From positions 32,001-96,000 of the forward strand of contig JAQCIU010000001.1 of assembly GCA_027593235.1 (NCBI GenBank): 64,000 nt of DNA, given 5' to 3'. Under the pieces are notes generated by a model. The model had not been told where the DNA came from, did not search any database, and saw only the letters and a program-made list of their open reading frames with translations. The position numbers and the translations under genes were made by a program. Shown here in pieces: positions 1 through 9,882 of the stretch; position 1 is the first letter of the stretch, and each line of letters begins with the position of its first letter. The DNA comes from Chloroflexota bacterium (GTDB lineage Bacteria > Chloroflexota > Dehalococcoidia > UBA2979).

Positions 1-2
1 AG

Positions 3-278
3 ATGTTCAGCACCGGCGTCTACAGCGAGGTCGTGCCGAACGAGCGCTTCGTCTGCACCGATGCTTTTGCCGACAAGGATGGCAACCCCGTTTCGATGGG
101 CGACGACCACCACCCGGTGGAGACGATCCTCACGCTGACGCTCGAGGACCTCGGTGACGGCAAAACGAAGGCGACGCTGCGTCAGGCGGGCTGGACGGAC
201 CCCGGCATGGCGGCTGGCGCCGGCGGTGGCTGGAACCAGGCGTTCGACAAGCTCGAGGCGGTGCTCGCCGCGAACTAG
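3..278 (+). CDS. SRPBCC/AHSA1 (START-like) domain protein, 5' end probably outside window
   Basis: GVYSEVVPNERFVCTDAF...T.TLEDLGDGKTKATLRQ...GWNQAFDKL is the typical AHSA1 C-terminal half. Confidence 0.85.
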   Translation: MFSTGVYSEVVPNERFVCTDAFADKDGNPVSMGDDHHPVETILTLTLEDLGDGKTKATLRQAGWTDPGMAAGAGGGWNQAFDKLEAVLAAN

Positions 279-350
279 CGACCACTCTCGGCGGGTCGGG
301 ACGTCCGAGGGCGCCTCGACTCGCCGCTTCGCTCGGTCCCCGCTGGGTCG

Positions 351-1262
351 CTAGCGGGCGTGGTCCGCGAGGGTGGCGCCCAGCATCGTTCGCGCCAGCG
401 AGACCATCGCCGCGTTCGTGTCGATGTAGTACGGCAGCGCCACGATCGCCATCGAGAGCGCCCAGCCACGTCCGCGAGCCCAGGTCGCGTCGTCGACGTC
501 CATCGCACGGCGGAACGTCTCGCGGCTCTCGCCGTCGAAAAGGTTCCACGCCGGGAGCAGGTCGACGGCGGGATCGCCGATCCCGAGGGCGCCCCAATCG
601 ATCACCGCGCTTAGCCTGCCGTCTTGAACGAGCAGGTTGGCGGGCTGCAGGTCGCCGTGGATCCAGACCGGCGCGCCCTCGTAGCTGGGCGCGGCGAGGT
701 CGGCTTCCCAGGCGGCGGTCACCGCCTCGATGTCAACGAGGCCCTCGGAGCGGGCGATCGCGTCGCGGGTGTGAGCGTCGCGCGTGGCGAGTGGAACGCC
801 GCGCCCGTAGTTGTGTGCGCCGGGGACCGGGGCGCCGGTGGTGTCGATCGACTGCAGCGCGCGGAGGAACACGGCGAGGGAACGGGCCGCCTCGTCGAGG
901 TCGGTGAGGCGATCGGGGAAGGCGAGATCGCCCTGGAGCCAGGGCATGACCGACCAGACGACCGGGTATCCGCTGTCGTTGGGGTCGCCAGGGGCGGGTT
1001 CGCCCTGGGCGAGCGGGACCGGCAACGCGAGCGGCAGCTGCGGCGCAAGCCGCGGAAGCCACTCGCGCTCCTTCTCGATCTGCGAGGCGCCGGCTTCGCG
1101 GAGCGGTAGCCGCACCGCCAGTTCGTCACCGAGCCGGTAGATCGCGTTGACCGTGCCGCCCGAGGCCACGCGTTCGATCGGCAGATCCGCCCACTGCGGG
1201 AACTGCGCCGCCAGCAGCTGCCGTACGAGGTCGGCGTCGGTCGCGATCTCGTCTGCGTGCAT
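351..1262 (-). CDS. Aminoglycoside phosphotransferase (APH) family kinase
   Basis: MHADEI..LVRQLLAAQFPQWADLP start, SGGTVN loop, HGDLQPANLL and VIDWG motifs; start reset to ATG 1262. Confidence 0.9.
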   Translation of the reverse strand: MHADEIATDADLVRQLLAAQFPQWADLPIERVASGGTVNAIYRLGDELAVRLPLREAGASQIEKEREWLPRLAPQLPLALPVPLAQGEPAPGDPNDSGYPVVWSVMPWLQGDLAFPDRLTDLDEAARSLAVFLRALQSIDTTGAPVPGAHNYGRGVPLATRDAHTRDAIARSEGLVDIEAVTAAWEADLAAPSYEGAPVWIHGDLQPANLLVQDGRLSAVIDWGALGIGDPAVDLLPAWNLFDGESRETFRRAMDVDDATWARGRGWALSMAIVALPYYIDTNAAMVSLARTMLGATLADHAR

Positions 1263-1276
1263 CGGTCCGGCCAACG

Positions 1277-1855
1277 TTAGCCCTCGGCGATCGTGGGGGC
1301 GTACTGACGCAGCGGGTCGATCGAGTGCCACACGTAGCGCAGCACGGTCACCCCTCCGCCATCGGGCGTCACCATCTCCGTAGGACCCTCGTTGGTGGCG
1401 CCGATGTACTCGTAGAACGGCCGCGCGCGGGCATTGCCATCCAGCACCCAGAGAAAGAACCCCGCGTCCGGATACGCGCGTTCCGACCACAGCGCAGAGG
1501 CGGCGACAAGCTGCCGCCCAATCCCACGTCCTTCCGCCGCCCCCGATACGTGCAGGTTGTCCAGCAACGTTCCCCACTTCGGGTCGTCCGCCCCGAACGA
1601 GCACGCGAACCCCAGCAGCGACTCGTCGTCGTCGATGGCGAGCAATGTGTACATTCTCGCGCGCCGCTCCGCCCCGCCCGGGGGCTGCTGGCCTGCCGCC
1701 GCGTAGCGCTCCCGCCACACCTCGCGTCGATCGTCGTGCACCGGCCCATCGAGGTACGCGTCGCTGTACGCCCCCCGATAGGCGCGACGCCAGCTTTCCG
1801 CATGCAACGCCGCGATCACATCGGCATCCTCGGCGGTCGCTTCTCGAAAGCGCAT
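1277..1855 (-). CDS. GNAT N-acetyltransferase
   Basis: LDNLHV...GRGIGRQL acetyl-CoA motif, LWVLDGNARARPFYE. Confidence 0.88.
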   Translation of the reverse strand: MRFREATAEDADVIAALHAESWRRAYRGAYSDAYLDGPVHDDRREVWRERYAAAGQQPPGGAERRARMYTLLAIDDDESLLGFACSFGADDPKWGTLLDNLHVSGAAEGRGIGRQLVAASALWSERAYPDAGFFLWVLDGNARARPFYEYIGATNEGPTEMVTPDGGGVTVLRYVWHSIDPLRQYAPTIAEG

Positions 1856-1977
1856 CAACGGTCCTTGCTACTTCCCGATTGGTCGTTGGAATTGTGAGCG
1901 TCCATCCGAGACTAGCCGCCCCAGATTCGAGGGTCATCAGACCCGCGGGCTAGCAACTCGACGAAGGAACACACCGA

Positions 1978-2008
1978 GGCCCGAAGGGTCATCAACCCCC
2001 GAAGGGGG
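1978..2008 (-). repeat. Two CTTCG-loop GC hairpins directly after the serine hydrolase stop (REP-like family)
   Basis: minus strand TAG-CCCCCTTCGGGGG-TTGAT-GACCCTTCGGG; similar units at 4991, 36834, 37308, 38493. Confidence 0.55.
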
Positions 2009-3151
2009 CTAGTCCAGCGCGGCGATTACGCGGTTCACCAGCTCGCTGCGGTCGCCCGCCCAGCGGGTGACGACTACGAGGTCGTGCTCGGGGTCGACGA
2101 AGACGATGTTCCCGCCGGCGCCCTGCGCCGCGAACGCCGAGGCGGGCGCGCCGCTGTAGAGCTGCTGTCCCGTGTTGAGCCACCAGAGGTACCCGTAGCG
2201 ATCGCTCACCTCGGACGGGGTCAGCGACTCCTCGATCCAGGCCTCGGAGAGGAGGCGGCGGCCGTTCCACTCGCCTCGGTTCAGCATCAGCAGGCCAAAG
2301 CGCGCGTGGTCGAGCGCGCTGATGAACAGCCCGCCACCCCAGTGCCCGCCGCCCGGTACCGAGGGCATCGAGACGCCCTCGACGTCGACCCAGGAGTTCT
2401 CGTAGGGGTGCCACGTCCACTCCGAGGACGCTCCGATCGGGTCCATCACCTCGCGACGGAGCACCTCGGGAAGCGGCTCTTTCCAGATACGGAGCGCGCT
2501 GAGCGCGAGCCGGTTCACGCGGACGTCGTTGTATTCCCAGAAGGAACCGGGCGCCCGTAGTTCGCGCGTCGAGCCCTTCTCTGCCGCAAGTTGTTCGGAT
2601 CCGCCTACGGCGGTGGCACTGTCCGCTTCGCCTGTCGAGACCGACGTCCCCTGCACGTCGCGGTGATAGTCCACGCTGTCCGGCCGGTCGAAGAGCGTGC
2701 CCTGCCACTCGCTCGTCATCTGGAGCATGTGCTTCCAGGTGATGCGCGCGTTGTGCTCCGAGTCGAACCCACCGTCGGCGATCCGCTCGCGCATCGGCTC
2801 GTCCATCGACCCGAGCATCCCGCGGTCGCGTGCCAGGCCCACCGTCACCGACAGGTAGCTTTTCGTCGCACTGAAGGTCATGTCGACGCGGCCGGGGTCG
2901 CCCCACTCAGCCACGAGGTAGCCATCGCGGATCACGAGGCCGGCGGCCGGACCTCGATCCTGCGCCGGCCCGAGGATTTCGTCGTAGGGCGGCGGGTCGT
3001 TGCGACCGACCATCCTCGAGACATCGATCGGCCAGTCGATCTCGCTCTCGACGGCGTAACGCACGGCAGCCTCGAGGCGGGCGGGGTCGAAGCCGGCTTC
3101 GACCGGATCTTGCCGCGCCCACTCACCGGCCGGGGGAAAGTACTTGCTCAT
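2009..3151 (-). CDS. Serine hydrolase, beta-lactamase class C-like
   Basis: SxxK (SATKS), YxN-like WEYND, YGYLWW and AQGAGGN motifs. Confidence 0.88.
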   Translation of the reverse strand: MSKYFPPAGEWARQDPVEAGFDPARLEAAVRYAVESEIDWPIDVSRMVGRNDPPPYDEILGPAQDRGPAAGLVIRDGYLVAEWGDPGRVDMTFSATKSYLSVTVGLARDRGMLGSMDEPMRERIADGGFDSEHNARITWKHMLQMTSEWQGTLFDRPDSVDYHRDVQGTSVSTGEADSATAVGGSEQLAAEKGSTRELRAPGSFWEYNDVRVNRLALSALRIWKEPLPEVLRREVMDPIGASSEWTWHPYENSWVDVEGVSMPSVPGGGHWGGGLFISALDHARFGLLMLNRGEWNGRRLLSEAWIEESLTPSEVSDRYGYLWWLNTGQQLYSGAPASAFAAQGAGGNIVFVDPEHDLVVVTRWAGDRSELVNRVIAALD

Positions 3152-3198
3152 CGGCGGAGTCTAGCCGAGCGAGCGCCACCCCGAGGGCGCGCCGTCGC

Positions 3199-3645
3199 TC
3201 AGCTCGGATCGCGGTACTTGATGAACGGCGTGAGCCGCCCCACCCGGTCGTACAACTTCCGCGCCGTCTCGTTGAACTCTTGCGTGAGCCAGTAGGTCTG
3301 GCCAGCCCCTCGCTCGCGAGCGGCGCTGTAGACCGCCTCGATCAACGCGCGCCCCGCTCCACCCAGACGCACCTCGGGGCTCACGAACAGGTCTTGCAGG
3401 TAGCAGACCTCGCTCGTGCTCCATGTCGAACTGTGGAACAGGTAGTGCACGATCCCGATCGGCACATCCGACTCGTCGACGGCGCAAAACCCGTTCGGAT
3501 CGATGCCTTCAGTGAGCAGTCGCTGCCACGTCGCCTCGGTTACCTCCGCCGGCAATCGCGATTCATAGAAGGTCAGATAGCCTTGCCAGAGCGGCTCCCA
3601 CGCAATCCGGTCATCCGCCCTCAGTGGCCGAATCGTCCAGCTCAT
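3199..3645 (-). CDS. GNAT N-acetyltransferase (HPA2/3-like)
   Basis: CYLQDLFVSPEVRLGGAGRALI, YWLTQEFNETARKLYD; start ATG 3645 (MSWTIRPL). Confidence 0.9.
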   Translation of the reverse strand: MSWTIRPLRADDRIAWEPLWQGYLTFYESRLPAEVTEATWQRLLTEGIDPNGFCAVDESDVPIGIVHYLFHSSTWSTSEVCYLQDLFVSPEVRLGGAGRALIEAVYSAARERGAGQTYWLTQEFNETARKLYDRVGRLTPFIKYRDPS

Positions 3646-3926
3646 CTGCGTTCCCGCCCCTCCGCGCCCACACCAATCCGAGGAGTCTAGCGGCGGAGTG
3701 GCCGACCAGGCGGGGGCGTGGCGCGGTTGAGCACGACGGTGCACCCGCGGCCGGCGAGGGCGAGCCGGGTCACTTCCCGGACCGCACGGAAACTGCCGAT
3801 GCTGGCTGCAACCCCGATTCGTCGCCGCTATCGCCATCACGCCCGTAGCGATCCGGCGCGCGTATCCCTAGGCTGCACGCGTCCCCAACCTGTAGGCGGA
3901 CAAGCGGCATTCGAGGAGGCGGGACG

Positions 3927-4991
3927 ATGACACTCAAGACACGCGCGGCGATCAAGGCAAAATTTGGCGAGCCGCTGCTCGTCGATGAGATCGAACTCGC
4001 GGACCCGGGCGACGAGGAAGTGCTGGTCAAGCTCTTCGCGACCGGCATCTGCCACTCGCAGCTCCACCAGATTCACAACCCGGACGGTCCCGTGCCGACG
4101 CTGCTCGGCCACGAGGGCACCGGCATCGTCCTCAAGGCGGGCTCGAAGGTCACCCACGTCAAAGAGGGCGAGCGGGTGATGATCCAGTTCGTCCCGCGCG
4201 ACCTGCCCGAGGGTATGACCACCGCCAACCGCACCAAGTACACCTGGCAGGGCAACGAGTACGAGGCCGGCGTCTACACCTGGGCCGAGCACGCGCTGCT
4301 GAACGAGCAGATGGTCGTGCCGCTCCCGAACGACGTGCCGACGGATGTGACGGCGATCATCGGATGCGCCGTCATCACCGGCGCGGGAGCCGCCCTCTAC
4401 ACGGCGGGCGTGCAGCCGGGCCAGTCGGTCGCCGTCTTCGGCGTCGGCGGGGTCGGGTCGAACGTGGTTGCGGGGGCGAAGATCGCGGGCGCCTACCCGA
4501 TCATCGCGGTCGACCTCGAGGAGGGGAAGCTCGGCTACGCGAAGGAGCTGGGCGCGACCCACACGGTGAACGGCTCTGACGTGCACGCGCCCGACGCGGT
4601 GAAGGAGCTGACCGGTGGCGGCGTCGACTTCGCGTTTGACGCGATCGGCGTACAGGCGGCCTTCCTCCAGTCGGTGGAGAGCGTGAAGTCGGGGGTCCTG
4701 GGCGTCAGCCGCGGAGGTGCGGCGGTGATCGTCGGCATCGGTCAGGGCGACGTGCCCCTGCCGCGGCTCTTCCCGTTCGGCGAGCGAACGATCATGGGCT
4801 CGATGGGCGGCTCGGAGCGCCCGGCAATCGCGATGCCGAAGTACATCGAGTGGTACAAGGAGGGCAAACTCCCCCTGGAGAAGCTCGTCTCCAAGAAGTA
4901 CGACAACCTCGACGAGATCAACGAGGGCGTGCGCGCCCTCGAAAACGGCGAAATCGAGGGCCGTTCGATCATCGTGTACGCCACCCCATAG
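3927..4991 (+). CDS. Zn-dependent medium-chain alcohol dehydrogenase
   Basis: GICHSQ, LGHEG, GCAVITG, GVGGVG NAD motif; GGAGG RBS. Confidence 0.9.
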   Translation: MTLKTRAAIKAKFGEPLLVDEIELADPGDEEVLVKLFATGICHSQLHQIHNPDGPVPTLLGHEGTGIVLKAGSKVTHVKEGERVMIQFVPRDLPEGMTTANRTKYTWQGNEYEAGVYTWAEHALLNEQMVVPLPNDVPTDVTAIIGCAVITGAGAALYTAGVQPGQSVAVFGVGGVGSNVVAGAKIAGAYPIIAVDLEEGKLGYAKELGATHTVNGSDVHAPDAVKELTGGGVDFAFDAIGVQAAFLQSVESVKSGVLGVSRGGAAVIVGIGQGDVPLPRLFPFGERTIMGSMGGSERPAIAMPKYIEWYKEGKLPLEKLVSKKYDNLDEINEGVRALENGEIEGRSIIVYATP

Positions 4992-5106
4992 GGGGTCTTC
5001 GACCCCCTTCTAGACGCTTCGCGCCTGTTTGCGCAGGTGCGGAGCGCGGGAGACTTGGGCGGTCGGTGGAGTGGGTTGAGCTAGCGAATTCGCGCGGCCC
5101 GGTGCG

Positions 5107-5121
5107 TATCCTCACTGGATG
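5107..5121 (+). promoter_or_regulatory. -10 element giving a probable leaderless hen1 mRNA
   Basis: TATCCT-6 nt-ATG, no Shine-Dalgarno. Confidence 0.5.
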
Positions 5122-6516
5122 CTGTTGACCATCTCAACGACGCACCGGCCAGCCGACGACCTCGGCTACCTGTTGCACAAGCATCCGCAGCGCGTGCACG
5201 AGTTCGCGCTGCCCTACGGCACGGCGCACGTCTTCTATCCCGAAGCCACCGAGGACCGTTGCACCGCCGCGCTGCTCCTCGAAATTGACCCGCTGCACAT
5301 CGCGAGGCGGGGCTTTGGCGTTGCCGATGCGGCGCCGCTGGGCGCCTATGTGAACGACCGGCCGTATGTGGCGTCGTCTTACCTCAGCGTCGCGCTAGCG
5401 AAAGTCGTCGGCTCGGCGATGGGGGGACGCAGCAAGGAGCGCCCCGAACTCGCCGGCACCCCGATCCCGCTGATCGCGACGCTCGAGGTGGTGCCGTCAC
5501 GCGACGCGGGCGTTCCGCGCCGGCTGTTCGAGCCGCTGGGCTACCGCGTCGAGACCTCGAGGTTGGCGAACGACCTCCTCGATAGCCCCGGCGCCGCGGA
5601 GCCGGCGCTGAGCCCGTACGTGACGCTACGCCTCGAGGGGACCGTGACGGTTGCCGAGCTGCTGACGCACCTCTATGTCCTGATGCCCGTGCTGGACGAC
5701 GCGAAGCACTACTTCATCGGCGACGACGAGGTCGAGAAGCTGCTGAGCCGTGCTGGCACGTGGTTGTCCTCCCATCCCGAGCGCGAGTTCATCGCCACGC
5801 GCTACCTCAAGCACCAGCGGTGGTTCGCGGACGCCGCCCTCGCGCGCCTGTCCGAGGGTGCTCCGCCGCTCGAGGAGGAGGTCGACGCCCCGGACGTTGA
5901 GCCGGCAGTCCCGGCGACGCCGCTGAACCAGCAGCGCATCGATGCCATCGTCGCGGCGCTCCACGGTGTCGGCGCGCATACGGTCATTGACCTCGGATGC
6001 GGCGAGGGCCGTCTCCTCGGCGCGCTCTACGAGGATCGTGACTTCACACGCATCGTTGGGATGGACGTCTCGCCCTGGTCGCTGCGCGCAGCCGGGCGAC
6101 GGTTGCACCTCGACAACCTGCCGGAGCGGCAGCGGGACCGGTTGCAGGTGATGCAGGGGTCGCTGCTCTACCGCGACGCGCGGCTCAGCGGCTTCGACGC
6201 CGGTGTCCTCTCCGAGGTGATCGAGCATATTGAGCCGGACCAGTTACCACGCCTCGAGCGGGTCGTGTTTGGCGAGGCGCATCCGAACGCCGTGATCGTC
6301 ACGACCCCGAACCGTGACTTCAACGCGCGTATCCCGGCGCTCGCTGCCGACGAGCGCCGTCATCGCGATCACCGCTTCGAATGGTCGCGGGCGGAGTTCG
6401 GCGACTGGGCGACCTCGGTTGCCGAGCGGTTCGGGTACAGCGCCGAGGTCGGCGGGATTGGCGAGGCCGATCCGGCGCTGGGGTCGCCGACGCAGGTGGC
6501 GGTGTTCCGCGCATGA
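5119..6516 (+). CDS. hen1: 3'-terminal RNA ribose 2'-O-methyltransferase Hen1
   Basis: MLLTISTT..DLGYLLHKHP, YVNDRPYVASS, KHYFIGDDEVEKLL, DLGCGEG, EVIEH, TTPN, RHRDHRFEW; ATGA overlap with pnkp. Confidence 0.95.
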   Translation: MLLTISTTHRPADDLGYLLHKHPQRVHEFALPYGTAHVFYPEATEDRCTAALLLEIDPLHIARRGFGVADAAPLGAYVNDRPYVASSYLSVALAKVVGSAMGGRSKERPELAGTPIPLIATLEVVPSRDAGVPRRLFEPLGYRVETSRLANDLLDSPGAAEPALSPYVTLRLEGTVTVAELLTHLYVLMPVLDDAKHYFIGDDEVEKLLSRAGTWLSSHPEREFIATRYLKHQRWFADAALARLSEGAPPLEEEVDAPDVEPAVPATPLNQQRIDAIVAALHGVGAHTVIDLGCGEGRLLGALYEDRDFTRIVGMDVSPWSLRAAGRRLHLDNLPERQRDRLQVMQGSLLYRDARLSGFDAGVLSEVIEHIEPDQLPRLERVVFGEAHPNAVIVTTPNRDFNARIPALAADERRHRDHRFEWSRAEFGDWATSVAERFGYSAEVGGIGEADPALGSPTQVAVFRA

Positions 6517-9056
6517 ACCTCACCGTTCCGAAGCTCAGCCTCGTCGTGCTGGTCGGCGTCTCCGGTTCGGGAAAGTCGACGTTCGCGCGGACCGCGTTCG
6601 AACCGTCCGAGGTGCTGTCGTCCGACCACTTCCGCACGCTGGTCGCGAACAACGTCGAGGACCAGTCCGCCACCCCGGACGCATTCGAGGCGCTCCAGTT
6701 CGTGGCGGGCAAGCGGCTCGCGCGCGGGTTGCTCACGGTGATCGACGCGACCAACGTGCAGCCGCAGGCGCGGAAGCCACTCCTCGATCTCGCGCGTGCG
6801 CACGACGTGTTCGCGGTCGCGATCGTCCTCGATGTTCCGCTTGCGGACGCGCTGGCACGCAACGAGGCGCGCGCCGACCGGGTGACGCCGCCACCGGCGA
6901 TCCGCCGGCAGCACGACCAGCTACGGCGTTCGATTCGCCGGCTCCGCAAGGAGGGCTTCCGCTTCGTCCATGTCCTCGATGGCTCCGAGGACCCTGCGTC
7001 GATCACGATTGAGCGAGAGCGGTCGTGGAACGACCGCCGCTACGAGACCGGCCCGTTCGACATCATCGGCGACGTGCACGGCTGCTTCGACGAACTGCGG
7101 GCGCTGCTCGACCGCCTCGGCTACAACGTCCGGGAGATTCCCGAAGCAGGGCTGCCGCACAGCTTCGAGGTGACCCCGCCGGCGGGACGGCGCGCGATCT
7201 TCCTCGGTGACCTCGTCGACCGAGGGCCGGACACGCCTCGGGTGCTCGGGCTGGCGATGAGCATGGTCCGAGGCGGCTCCGCGCTGGCGGTCACCGGGAA
7301 CCACGACGACAAGCTGTTGCGGGCGCTGCGCGGCAGGCGGGTGCAAACGACGCACGGCCTCGCCGAGTCGCTGGAGCAGCTCGCACGCGAGCCGGAGGGC
7401 TTCCGGGCGGAGGTGGTCGAGTTCCTCGATGGGTTGATCGCGCACTACGTCCTCGATGGCGGTCAGCTCGTGGTCGCGCACGCGGGGCTCAAGGAGCCGT
7501 ACCAGGGCCGCGCCTCCGGACGCGTCCGCAGCTTCGCGCTGTACGGCGAGACCACCGGCGAGACCGACGAGTTCGGGCTGCCGGTCCGCTACCCGTGGGC
7601 GCAGGTGTATCGAGGCGCCGCGACGGTGGTGTATGGCCACACGCCGGTGCTCGAGGCGGAGTGGGTGAACCGCACGATCTGCGTCGATACGGGGTGTGTG
7701 TTCGGCGGCAGGTTGACCGCGCTCCGCTATCCGGAGAACGAGCTGGTCTCAGTACCGGCTGTCCAGATCTACTACGAGCCGATTCGCCCGCTTGCGGGCG
7801 CCGAGCCCGATGAGCGCGAGCGGGATCTCCTCGACATCAACGACGTGACAGGCAAGCGGATCGTCTCGACCGGGCTCGCCGGCAACGTCACGATCCTCGA
7901 GGAGCAGTCCGCGGCCGCGCTGGAGGTGATGAGCCGCTGGTCGATGGATCCTCGGTGGCTGCTCTACCTGCCGCCGACGATGTCGCCGCCCGAGACGAGC
8001 ACGGATCCGGGGCTCCTCGAGCACCCGGCCGAGGCGTTCGCGTATTTCCGCAAGCAGGGTGTCGCCGAGGTCGTGTGCGAGGAGAAGCACATGGGCTCGC
8101 GGGCGATCGTCGTCGTCTGTCGCGACCCCGAGGTGGCCGCCCGCTCGTTCGCACCGGCCGAGGCCGGCGGCGTCATCTACACCCGCACCGGCCGGCGCTT
8201 CTTCGAGGATCCCGAGCTGGAGCGGGCGCTCCTTGATCGCGTGCGGGCGGCGCTGACCAGCACCGGCCTATGGGACGAGCTCGACACCGACTGGCTGGCG
8301 ATCGACGGCGAGATCATGCCGTGGTCCTACAAGGCCCACGAGCTTCTGGAGCGGCAGTACCTCCCCGTCGGCGTCGCCGCGACGGCGTCGCTTTCGAGGG
8401 CGGTCGAGCTGTTGCGCGCCACGGAGGCACGAGGCGTCGACGTCTCGGCGCTTCGCTCCCGCATCGAGGAACGGGTACCGCTCGCCGATCGCTACCGGGA
8501 GGCGCTGCGCCCGTACTCCTGGGCGGTTGGCTCGGCGGACGACATCCGCTTCGCTCCGTTCCAGTTGCTGGCCAGCGCGCCCGAGGTCCTCGCGAGGCGT
8601 GACCACCGCTGGCACATCGAGCTGTGCCAGCGTCTCGCCGACGCGGACGGGCAGGTGATCGTGACTACGCCTTCGCGCGTGGTGGAGATCGCCGACGCCG
8701 CCGCGCAGAGCGAGGCCACCGAGTGGTGGCTAGGGCGGACGCGGACCGGCGGCGAAGGCATGGTCGTGAAGCCTCTCGGCGAACGGGCGCTCGACCGGCG
8801 GGTGCAGCCCGGCGTGAAGGTCCGCGGCCGCGAGTACCTCCGCATCATCTACGGGCCGTAGTACACCCTCGACGGCCAGCTCTCGCGGCTGCGGAACCGC
8901 AGCGTCGGGCGGAAGCGATCGCTCGCCACGCGCGAGCACGCGCTGGGTCTCGAAGCCCTCGATCGATTCGTCGCGGGCGAGCCGTTGTGGCGCGTCCACG
9001 AGTGCGTCTTCGGCGTGCTCGCCCTCGAAAGTGACCCGGTCGACCCGCGGCTGTAA
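6513..9056 (+). pseudogene. pnkp: Polynucleotide kinase-phosphatase-ligase Pnkp with in-frame TAG at 8859-8861
   Basis: P-loop GVSGSGKS, IIGDVHG/GDLVDRG/GNHD/YGHTP phosphatase motifs, EEKHMGSR and GEGMVVKP ligase motifs; the frame continues past TAG with conserved ..RVHECVFGVLALESDPVDPRL to TAA 9054-9056. Confidence 0.9.
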
Positions 9057-9282
9057 CGTCCGGACGCCCGGGTCGCGGTGGCCGCACCCGCCCGTGCCGT
9101 CTTCGTGCTGTCGCTCCTCGGCGCCGCCGGCTACGCGATGGCCGCGCTCCTCACGCCGAGGACACCACCCACCGCGCCGCTCGAGCGGTAGCACCCGGAA
9201 CGCCGCTGGCGAGACCGCGAATGAACGCCACCAACCGAGGGCGCTGGACACCACCGGTAGATCAGCGTCGTTCGCCAGGACC

Positions 9283-9762
9283 CTAGAGCGGGTGGGACTC
9301 CGCGAGGGGAGGGCCGGCGACCTCCATCCAGTTGCGCTCCGCGACTGCGCGGTACGCCTCCGGGTGCACGGTTCCCGGCAGCAGCTCCGCCAGCTCATCG
9401 AAGAACCGCTCCATGCCACCCGGCGCGAACATCACCAGCACCGTCGCTGCGGTGTCGCCGATGTTCTGGAAGCAGTGCCGCGTGCCGCGCGGTACGAAGA
9501 CGAAGGAGCCCTGCGGGGCTTCGAGGATCTCGTCCTCGGCACGGAACCGGAGGTTGCCCTCGGTCACGTACCACATCTCGTCTTCGCGAGCGTGCACGTG
9601 TAGGGGCGGTCCCTGGAACGGCGGGATCACGTTCTCCAGCAGCGCGAAACTGCCGCCGGTATCGCGCGTTCGCGCCTTGATCGTCGTGGGGCCACCAACG
9701 GGGCCGGCAATCTGGTCACCTTCACCGGGACGAACGACAAACGAGCGCATCGGCTCGGGCAA
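9283..9762 (-). CDS. Cupin domain protein (quercetin dioxygenase-like)
   Basis: GPPLHVHAREDEMWYV...VPRGTRHCF two-motif cupin. Confidence 0.85.
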   Translation of the reverse strand: MPEPMRSFVVRPGEGDQIAGPVGGPTTIKARTRDTGGSFALLENVIPPFQGPPLHVHAREDEMWYVTEGNLRFRAEDEILEAPQGSFVFVPRGTRHCFQNIGDTAATVLVMFAPGGMERFFDELAELLPGTVHPEAYRAVAERNWMEVAGPPLAESHPL

Positions 9763-9882
9763 AGGGGATTCCTCCTGGCGAACACATACCGTGGTCGACG
9801 GATTCTAGTCCTCGGATGCTGTGCGTTCGCGGTTGATTGATGGGCTCGCCGGAGAGGTCAGTGGTGACGCGAATCCGCGTGG

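Noticed and set aside
351-3645. Antibiotic resistance island (APH, GNATs, beta-lactamase-like)
   Set aside because: These are broad housekeeping-type families with host-like codon use and no mobility genes
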